Of a DNA stretch of 64,000 nt, positions 57,139 to 64,000 are shown piece after piece. Position 1 is the first letter of the stretch. The number at the start of each line of letters is the position of its first letter. The DNA is from Candidatus Latescibacterota bacterium. Lineage in GTDB: Bacteria > Latescibacterota > UBA2968 > UBA8231. The notes beneath the pieces are model-generated. The model was given only the letters and a program-made list of their open reading frames with translations, was not told the origin of the DNA and did not search any database. Position numbers and translations under genes: made by a program. The stretch covers positions 96,001 to 160,000 of the forward strand of contig CBDCSU010000004.1 of NCBI GenBank assembly GCA_965221775.1. The letters are read 5' to 3'.

Positions 57139-58139
57139 GCCTGAGCATCTGCCCGTGGAAGTACGGCAAGCGCTGGGTCTACTCGATCACCTACGACGAG
57201 GCCCTGGCCGACCTGCACCGCTTCGCCGTGCCCATGCACGAGGAGTACGGCATCCCCGGCCACGTGGAGATCCTCGTCGGCCAGATGGGCGAGATCCGCA
57301 AGGCCGGCAACTCCAGCTACAACGGATTCCGTCACATGAGCGGGGAGGAGCTGCGCGACCTGCTCGCCCGCGGCTGGGGCGTGGGCAACCACTCCTGGAG
57401 CCACGAGGTGATCACCCCGGAGACGGTGGACGAGGAGATCGGCCGCGCCAGGCAGGTCCTGGAGGAAGCCCTCGGTGAACCGATCATCCTCTACTGCTCG
57501 CCCGGCAACAACACGAACATGGCCGATCACGTCCTCGAGGCCTGCCGCCGCTACGGGTACCTGGGCGCCATGAGCCTGACGGACGCCCTCAACCGGCCCG
57601 GGGACGAGCTGTTCTGGATCAACCGCACGGCCCTGCACGACCACTACTACGAGCCGTTCTACAGCGCCTACGATCCGTACCGCAACATCCGCCAGGCCGA
57701 GGCCGTGCAGGGCTGGCTCATCGACTACTGCCACTGCCCGCTGGAGGAGCCGGTGCATCCCAACAAGGACTGCTCCGAGGCCCAGCTGCGGCAGCGCTTC
57801 GAGACGGTGCTGTCCGAGGGGGGCGACGAGGTCTGGTGCGCCGTGCCCGAGGAGGCCCTCGGCTACCACCTGACGCGGCGCCACGCCCGCATCGAAGTCG
57901 TGGAGGGCGGCGATGGGGAACAGCGCTATCGCATCGGGCTGGCGGGACTGCCGGAGCAGGTGCCGTACCGCAGCCTTACGCTGGAGGCGGACGTGCCGGC
58001 GGCCTGGTGCCGGGACCCGCGCGTTGTCGTGGACGGGCGGGAGCTGGCGGCGGAGGTGGTGCGTCCCGGCGTTCTGCGGGTGACGACACCGGTCAGCGAC
58101 GGGATGGAGGTCGAGGTGCGCGTCTCGCCGCGGCCCTGA
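57135..58139 (+). CDS. Polysaccharide deacetylase (NodB-like) family protein
   Basis: SITYDE, GNHSWSH, YCSPG; ATGA overlap. Confidence 0.82.
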   Translation: MSLSICPWKYGKRWVYSITYDEALADLHRFAVPMHEEYGIPGHVEILVGQMGEIRKAGNSSYNGFRHMSGEELRDLLARGWGVGNHSWSHEVITPETVDEEIGRARQVLEEALGEPIILYCSPGNNTNMADHVLEACRRYGYLGAMSLTDALNRPGDELFWINRTALHDHYYEPFYSAYDPYRNIRQAEAVQGWLIDYCHCPLEEPVHPNKDCSEAQLRQRFETVLSEGGDEVWCAVPEEALGYHLTRRHARIEVVEGGDGEQRYRIGLAGLPEQVPYRSLTLEADVPAAWCRDPRVVVDGRELAAEVVRPGVLRVTTPVSDGMEVEVRVSPRP

Positions 58140-58141
58140 CC

Positions 58142-58957
58142 ATGTCAGGCGACTCTCGGTCGAATTCCGACGCGCAGACCCGCCTCATGCCGACGGAGGC
58201 GCACTCGAGCCGTGGCTCGGAGTACGACAAGGCAGGCGACTTCTACCTGAGATGGCTGGACAGGAATGTCCCGGACAGGGACCGGCGCATCCAGGCCTCG
58301 ACGGGGATCATGCTGGCCATGCTGGGAGATGTCGAGGGAATCCGTGTGTGTGACCTGGGATGCGGTGAGGGGTACCTGTCCCGCATCCTGGCGAGCCGAG
58401 GCGCTCTGGTCACGGGCGTCGACATCTCACGGGTCCTGCTGCAGCATGCGAGGGAGCACTCCGACGGCCAGGACATCACGTATCTCCTGGACGATGCGCA
58501 ATCGCTGAGTCAGCTCTCCGACGCCGGCATGGACGCCGTCATCTGCCACATGGCGCTCATGGACATCCCCAACCTGGCGGCAACACTGTCCAGTGTCCGC
58601 CGCATACTCGTCGACCATGGCAGGTTCGTCTTCACGATCCTGCACCCGTGCTTCTATTCTCCCTTCGACGCGGAGAACCCCGGGGAGGATCTCGACGAAG
58701 AGGGCCACTTCAAGGCCGTGCGAATCTCACGCTATGGCCGTGAAGGCAAGTGGTACTCCGATGGAAGCGGGATGTGCGGGACCCTCGGCAGTCACCACCG
58801 AACGCTGTCGACCTACTTCAACACCCTGATCAATAGCGGATTCCAGCTCTCCGAGATCTCGGAACCGCTCGATTCCGCAGCAGGCCCGGAGGAGCGGCGC
58901 CGCGAGAGCGTGGTGCCCACACTGCTCATCGGGGGGGCGACCGCCCTGCCATCCTGA
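58142..58957 (+). CDS. Class I SAM-dependent methyltransferase
   Basis: CDLGCGEG, GVDIS, MALMDI, LHPCF, HRTLSTY. Confidence 0.9.
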   Translation: MSGDSRSNSDAQTRLMPTEAHSSRGSEYDKAGDFYLRWLDRNVPDRDRRIQASTGIMLAMLGDVEGIRVCDLGCGEGYLSRILASRGALVTGVDISRVLLQHAREHSDGQDITYLLDDAQSLSQLSDAGMDAVICHMALMDIPNLAATLSSVRRILVDHGRFVFTILHPCFYSPFDAENPGEDLDEEGHFKAVRISRYGREGKWYSDGSGMCGTLGSHHRTLSTYFNTLINSGFQLSEISEPLDSAAGPEERRRESVVPTLLIGGATALPS

Positions 58958-58982
58958 GTGTTCGCCGAGCTCGCCGGAGGAG

Positions 58983-59570
58983 CTACGGCTTGCGCGCCAG
59001 AAGCTGTACCACCGCTTCCTGCCTTCCGTCCTCGAGCTTGTTCACCCTTTCGGCAAACCGCAGCAGCTCCCAATCGGCAAAGGCGCGCCGCAACTCCCGC
59101 GGGTCGGCGAGGTGGTCGGGATTGGTGGGGCCCCATCCGAACTCCGCCTGCGCCCTGGCATAGGTCTGAAACAGGAAGTGGCCGCCGCGCCTGAGGGCCG
59201 ACCGGACACGGGGAAAGACCGCCGGCTCGTGGAAGTAGAGGTTGGTCACCAGGTCCCAGCTTTCCACGCCGGCGTCGAAGGAGAGCACGTCGGCCGCGAT
59301 CGTCTCGACCTCGACACCGCCCTCGGCGGCCAGCCGCCGGCACCACGCCAGTCCGGTTGGAGCGATGTCGACGGCGGTCACCGCGAAACCGAGCTGCGCC
59401 AGGAAGACGGCGTTCCGGCCGGCACCGGCGGCCAGGCACAAGGCGCGGCCCGGTTCCAGTCGGCTCGCTTCCGCCGCGAGAAACGGCACCGGCTCGCGCT
59501 TCGGCTCGTAGTCGCCGGAGCGGTAGCGGGACTCCCACTTCTCCCTGGGAGATAGGGGTGGTTCTGCCAT
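58983..59570 (-). CDS. Class I SAM-dependent methyltransferase (TehB-like)
   Basis: KWESRY, GRALCLAAGAGRNAVFLA, VTAVD. Confidence 0.9.
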   Translation of the reverse strand: MAEPPLSPREKWESRYRSGDYEPKREPVPFLAAEASRLEPGRALCLAAGAGRNAVFLAQLGFAVTAVDIAPTGLAWCRRLAAEGGVEVETIAADVLSFDAGVESWDLVTNLYFHEPAVFPRVRSALRRGGHFLFQTYARAQAEFGWGPTNPDHLADPRELRRAFADWELLRFAERVNKLEDGRQEAVVQLLARKP

Positions 59571-59583
59571 ATGGCGCCGGTCG

Positions 59584-60531
59584 CTACTTCCGGTCTCCGG
59601 CGCCGAAGCCCCCGTCGAAGAACGTCTTCAGGCCGGGGTGCTCCTGGATGTAGCTCTTGAGCTCCAGGACGATGTTCTCCTGGAGCTGGATGCTGTGGCC
59701 GCCGTCGACGGGCAGCACCACGCCGGTGATGAAGGCGGCTTCTTCCGAGCACAGGAAGGAGACCGCGTTGCCGATGTCTTCCGGCACCCCGGTGCGCCGC
59801 ACCGGGTACTGAAGCTCGTGAAGCCGGAACCCGGCCTCGTCGCCCACCTCGGACCACAGCTTCTCCAGACCCTCGGTCACGATATGGCCGGGAGCGATGG
59901 CGTTCACCGTGATCCCCAGGGGCCCGAAGTCGATCGCCATCTGGCGCGTGAGACCGATGACCGCCGCCTTCCCGGACTCGTAGATCATGGCCCCCGCCGC
60001 CTGCAGCAGCCCGTGCACGGAGGAGATGTTGACGATGCGGCCGACCTCCATGGCCGGCGGCGAGCCGTGGCGCAGGCCGTGGCCCTCCCACGGCCCGGGA
60101 TCGTATCCCTCGGGCGGTCCCGACTCGGTCATGGCCGGCACCCCGTACTTGGCGCCGAGGAAGTGGGCCATCACCAACAGGTCCATCCCCGTGCGCCAGG
60201 ACTCGACGTCCACTTCGAGGGCGCTGCCGTCCGAGTAGCCGATGACGCCGAAGGCGTTCTGAACGAGGATGTCGAGGCGCCCGTATTCCTCGACGGCCCG
60301 TGCGACCATCTCCTGGGCGACCTCTTCCTTCGACACGTCGCCGAGCATGGAGGAGGCGCGGCCACCCCCATCCCGGATCCCATCGGCGCTGGCAGCCGCC
60401 CCGTCCTCGTCGATGTCGACGATGAGGACCGCCGAGCCGTCGGCGGCCAGCTTGCGGGCGATGCCGGCGCCGATCCCGGTGGCCCCGCCCGTCACGATGG
60501 CGACCTTGCCGTGCAGTTTCTTCCGATCCAT
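59584..60531 (-). CDS. SDR family oxidoreductase
   Basis: TGGATGIG, VNISS, YESGK, VNAIAPG, PVDGG; GGAGG RBS. Confidence 0.92.
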   Translation of the reverse strand: MDRKKLHGKVAIVTGGATGIGAGIARKLAADGSAVLIVDIDEDGAAASADGIRDGGGRASSMLGDVSKEEVAQEMVARAVEEYGRLDILVQNAFGVIGYSDGSALEVDVESWRTGMDLLVMAHFLGAKYGVPAMTESGPPEGYDPGPWEGHGLRHGSPPAMEVGRIVNISSVHGLLQAAGAMIYESGKAAVIGLTRQMAIDFGPLGITVNAIAPGHIVTEGLEKLWSEVGDEAGFRLHELQYPVRRTGVPEDIGNAVSFLCSEEAAFITGVVLPVDGGHSIQLQENIVLELKSYIQEHPGLKTFFDGGFGAGDRK

Positions 60532-60575
60532 GCGGTTGCCTCCTGGCGACGAAGATGCCCGCGGCTTCAGGGCGG

Positions 60576-63074
60576 TCAAGTGGAGCGTGGGTGCAGAATG
60601 GCGCCGCCTTGGCGGGACACGTCGAAGGCAAGCTCCCTGCCGCCGGCGCGCAGCCGGAACCCTTCCTCCTGCTGGACGACCCTCGCCTTCGCCGAGCGGC
60701 TGCAGAAGGCGAGGACGAGGACGTCGTCCTCCGTGCCCGCCACCAGCCGGGTCGACGCCTCGGCGGCGTCCGGGAGAAAGCTCACGAGGCTGCCGGCGGC
60801 CAGTCCCGAGGGCGCGAAGGGGACCTCCTCGGTCCGCAGTTGCAGGCCCTCCCCGAAGGCCGCGAACACCTCCACCACGCGGGGCCCGGCTCCGAGACGG
60901 GCGCGACTCCGGCTCACACCGCGCAGTTCCACCGGGTTCAGCTTGTAAGCGAGCTCGCCGCCGCCCGTCTCGGGTCCCGCGCCGTGGGCCGGGTCCACCG
61001 TGAGCCGCCGGCGCCCCGGGCAGCTCAGGTCGACGAGGGCCAGATCGCAGGCCCCCGAGACGCCTGGCGTCTGCAGGGCGCCGCCGAAGGCCAGGGATGT
61101 GTGGGGGTGCACGTAGAAGGTGCGCGGCTCCTGCCGCGAGGCGAGTCCCTGGGAGTCGCGGCCCATCTCGCCGAAGGTGGCCGGCTCGTCCTGCCGCCTC
61201 GACCTGCCGTCCAGGGAGGCCTCCATCCACGGCCGTCCGGCGCGCCGGTTGAAGCCGCCCCAGCCGATCTCGGCCTCGTGCCAGGCTCCGGTCTTCACCC
61301 GCCCCGGTGCGGCGACGGTGACCTCGTGGTTGCGCTGGCTCTGCACGGTGAAGCGCAGCCGGCCGTCCTCTTCGACGACGAGGGCGAAGGTGTTGACCCC
61401 CGTGCCGCGGAGGCCGCCGGCGCCGTGACCGGTGTTGAACAGGACCCGGGACCCGGTGCGTCGCCCCCGCAGCCTCAAGCGCAGTCGCAGGCGTCCCCCG
61501 TGGGGGCGGAACCAGGGGGCGGCCTCGTACTGCAGGGCGTCCCCGCCGCTCAGTCGGAGCAGAGAACAACCGGCCTCCTGGATCCGCCGCAGCCCCCGCG
61601 CTCTGCGCCTCAGGGCCAGCAGCAGGACCGGATGCTCCCCGGGCCGCAGCCAGTACTCCTGCTCGGTGCGCCGGCCGGAGACCCGCAGCCGCTGCCAGTC
61701 CCCCTTCCGCTCCGGCGCACCGGGCACCGCGACGACCTCGTTCTGGCCGCCCACGCAGGGCAGGCTGCCGCAGCTCACGGGCTGGGCCTCGGCGGCGCTG
61801 ATCGTGCGCAGCAGGGGATGCCCCGCCCACTGCAGGTGGAGGTTCATGAAGCCATGGGCGACGCCGCCGTCGTAGCCGCTGACGCAGAGGATCGCCGCCC
61901 CGGGTCCGTGGCCGCTGCGCATCACCGCCGAGCGGCCGGTCCGGGCGGAGAACCGCCGCGCCAGCGGAGCAGGCCGGCGGGACCCGGCGGCGCCGAAGGC
62001 GGGGTCGTGGAAGCAGTAGGCGTAGGGTCCGTAGGAGATCATGCACTCCGCCGTGGAGCCCTTGACGCCGGCGCCGAAGCGGTAGAGCCGCCCCAGGCGC
62101 GGGTCGGCGAGGGCGGCGTCTCGCATCTCTCCGTCTCCCGCCTCCTGGGCGAGCCACAGCAGGGCGGGGGAGCAGGCGTCGAGCTGGGTGCCGAGGACGG
62201 TGGCGTTGGCCGGATAGTAGAGCCGGTCGGGGATCCGCCGGGGCGCCGCCCGGTGGGCGCGGAACCAGGTCAGGGGCCGCCGGAACCGCGCCGGCGCCTC
62301 GCGGACGAGGTCGATGCCGGTGACGTTGCGCAGGGCCTCGGCGAACTGCAGCAGCCACAGGTTCTCCCAGGGCCAGAAGGAGGGGCCGTCCACCGGCTCG
62401 CCGGCGGGTCCGCATCCGTGGGGCAGGATGGCCGCGCGGAAGCGGTCGATCACCGCCTGCACCCACTCCTCGGCGTCGGGGTGGTCGCCCAGCAGGTGCA
62501 GGGCGGCGACGCCGAAGTGGCCGTTGTCGACGACGGCGTGATGCCCGCCCTCCGGCGAGCGGCGCTGCCCGTCGACGTCCGGCCACCAGCGCTCCAGAAG
62601 GCGCACCAGGCAGACGCGGGCCGACTCCTTCTCGGCGGCCGGCAACTCGCCGTCGAGCAGGTCGAGGGCCACGGCGAAGGCCTGCATGTAGCGGTTGGCC
62701 GTGTAGAAGTGCTCCTCTACCGTGTCGTCGTGGTCCCAGGCCGCTGCCGCCCGCAGCCAGGCGCGGGCCCGGCCGAGCCAGCGGCGGTCGCCCGTCAGCC
62801 GCCAGGCGAAGGCGTAGTTCTCGATCAGCGCCGTGGCCTGCATGCCGGTGTAGAAGGTCAGGTAGAGCTGGTGGTACGGGTGGGGGCTGTCGGGCCGCCG
62901 GGGGATGCTGCGCCACGGCCGCCGGTTCGCGTACAGCTCGCAGTCGGCCAGCAGGTTGGCGAGGATGCGCCGGCGCACCGGGTCGGCTGCCGGCTCGAAG
63001 CGGAAGTCCGGATCGTCGTGCGGCCGCAGCAGCCGCGGGCGCTGGCGGCGGATCACCGGCAGGGCGGCGGGCAT
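60576..63074 (-). CDS. Large hypothetical protein, heparinase II/III / oligosaccharide-lyase-like helical domain plus LamG-like beta region
   Basis: N-terminal (alpha/alpha) pattern (AFAWRLTGDRRW, HHAV, DGPSFW), MRSG, C-terminal WHEAEIGW...LDG; TGATG coupling with the upstream gene. Confidence 0.6.
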   Translation of the reverse strand: MPAALPVIRRQRPRLLRPHDDPDFRFEPAADPVRRRILANLLADCELYANRRPWRSIPRRPDSPHPYHQLYLTFYTGMQATALIENYAFAWRLTGDRRWLGRARAWLRAAAAWDHDDTVEEHFYTANRYMQAFAVALDLLDGELPAAEKESARVCLVRLLERWWPDVDGQRRSPEGGHHAVVDNGHFGVAALHLLGDHPDAEEWVQAVIDRFRAAILPHGCGPAGEPVDGPSFWPWENLWLLQFAEALRNVTGIDLVREAPARFRRPLTWFRAHRAAPRRIPDRLYYPANATVLGTQLDACSPALLWLAQEAGDGEMRDAALADPRLGRLYRFGAGVKGSTAECMISYGPYAYCFHDPAFGAAGSRRPAPLARRFSARTGRSAVMRSGHGPGAAILCVSGYDGGVAHGFMNLHLQWAGHPLLRTISAAEAQPVSCGSLPCVGGQNEVVAVPGAPERKGDWQRLRVSGRRTEQEYWLRPGEHPVLLLALRRRARGLRRIQEAGCSLLRLSGGDALQYEAAPWFRPHGGRLRLRLRLRGRRTGSRVLFNTGHGAGGLRGTGVNTFALVVEEDGRLRFTVQSQRNHEVTVAAPGRVKTGAWHEAEIGWGGFNRRAGRPWMEASLDGRSRRQDEPATFGEMGRDSQGLASRQEPRTFYVHPHTSLAFGGALQTPGVSGACDLALVDLSCPGRRRLTVDPAHGAGPETGGGELAYKLNPVELRGVSRSRARLGAGPRVVEVFAAFGEGLQLRTEEVPFAPSGLAAGSLVSFLPDAAEASTRLVAGTEDDVLVLAFCSRSAKARVVQQEEGFRLRAGGRELAFDVSRQGGAILHPRST

Positions 63075-64000
63075 CAGAAGTGGTCGGGCTCCCAGTAGAG
63101 GACCTCGCGCCGGGGGAACCACTCCTCGAGGTCGTCGATCGCACCGGCGCCGAGAGGGATCCCGCGGCCGCGGAGGACCGGCTCCAGGTCGCGGCCGGAG
63201 GACTCGCCGAAGAGCAGCCGGCAGGTGAGGTCGTGGGGCAGCCGGCGCACCCACTCCTCGGCTTCGGGCGCGGCCCGGGCGATCAGCTCGTCCAGCTGCA
63301 GGGGCAGGACCATCATCGAGGCCTCCCCCGTCAGGTGCAGGTCCGCTCCCGAGGCGCCGACCACGGCGTCGACGAAGGGATGGCCGTGGGGGATCCCGCC
63401 CTCCACCCGCTTTAGCCCGGCCGCCGCGCACTTCTTGAGCAGGTAGCCCACGAGGGCCTCCAGGGCGGCAGCGCTCTCCCAGGCGACTTCGTTCACCCAG
63501 GCGCCGCCGCCGTCGGCCCTCTCCCAGTTGATGTACCCGCCGAGGGCGGCGCCGTCACGGACGACGGCCGTGGGCAGCACGCCCCGCAGGCGCGAGGGTG
63601 CGTAGTCCCAGTAAGGGCGGGGGCGCAGCAGGGTGCCGCTGCGGCCGGCGTTGTGGCGCTGGTAGAGGGCCGCCGTGTCGTCGAGGTCGCGGCTCTCGTC
63701 GAAGGGGTGCACATCGAGGCCGGACCGTCCCGGCCGGGGATCCGCCTGCCACTCGGCGCGGAATCCCATGAGGGGCACGCAGCTCCACCCCATTCGCAGG
63801 TAGAACCGCGCCGGGATCGCCGAGAACAGCAAGCCCAGGTCGCAGCCGTCGTCGCGCAGTTGCCCCGCCGTGTGCCGCATGAGCCGGGTCGCCAGGCCGC
63901 GCCCCCGGTGATCGGGATGGGTGGTGACACCGCCGATGCCGCCCATGCGCACGGGCGTGGCGCCGAGGTGGATCCACCGGTCCCAGATGCGCAGGGTCGA
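63074..64000 (-). CDS. GNAT family (Eis-like) acetyltransferase, 5' end outside window
   Basis: MGGIGGVTTHPDHRGRGLA, FYLRMGW; frame open to the window edge. Confidence 0.88.
   Translation of the reverse strand, partial: STLRIWDRWIHLGATPVRMGGIGGVTTHPDHRGRGLATRLMRHTAGQLRDDGCDLGLLFSAIPARFYLRMGWSCVPLMGFRAEWQADPRPGRSGLDVHPFDESRDLDDTAALYQRHNAGRSGTLLRPRPYWDYAPSRLRGVLPTAVVRDGAALGGYINWERADGGGAWVNEVAWESAAALEALVGYLLKKCAAAGLKRVEGGIPHGHPFVDAVVGASGADLHLTGEASMMVLPLQLDELIARAAPEAEEWVRRLPHDLTCRLLFGESSGRDLEPVLRGRGIPLGAGAIDDLEEWFPRREVLYWEPDHF

Noticed and set aside
59584-63144. 1186-aa ORF suggesting an SDR fusion
   Set aside because: Only the last 315 aa are SDR, with their own RBS and ATG at 60531; the upstream part is off-frame over another gene

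Overview
GC-rich bacterial window, densely coding. I see no rRNA, tRNA, CRISPR array, integrase or transposase. The gene repertoire (DUF6785-type membrane protein, four PhyH-family dioxygenases, ankyrin, NHL and WD40 repeat proteins with an NYPNPFN/FlgD-type tail) resembles Latescibacterota/Poribacteria-like organisms, often sponge-associated; this is inference only. The main feature is a ~23 kb, entirely plus-strand defence island (6.3-29.2 kb). Its GC-rich backbone is an HTH-SNF2 helicase-DUF3883 nuclease, a DUF1156 adenine methyltransferase and a DUF499 ATPase (restriction-like/BREX-related). The backbone is interleaved with mostly lower-GC cargo: a RelE-like/SF1 helicase plus partner, an AAA-nuclease, an ABC-ATPase plus PIN pair, a second apparently truncated ABC-ATPase, a type I CBASS (CdnE-like plus Cap15), a Schlafen/AlbA-HATPase-TPR protein and an uncharacterised nuclease/TPR/hypothetical trio. 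The cargo zone carries readable recombination scars: a 117/118-bp duplicate of the helicase 3' end that keeps its own ATGA coupling to the next gene, an orphan ATPase start fused to it at a GCGAG microhomology, and a probable protease-gene stub in front of CBASS. These suggest an integrase-independent cassette-stacking hotspot inside the operon. The rest is catabolic or accessory: an ABC transporter with a binding protein-permease fusion, two amidohydrolase-fold genes plus a Rieske ferredoxin (AibH1H2-like oxygenase candidate), E1 alpha/beta with an E2 lacking its catalytic domain, hicBA, and a modification-enzyme cluster. All family calls come from motif recognition, not database searches; GC statements are by eye.
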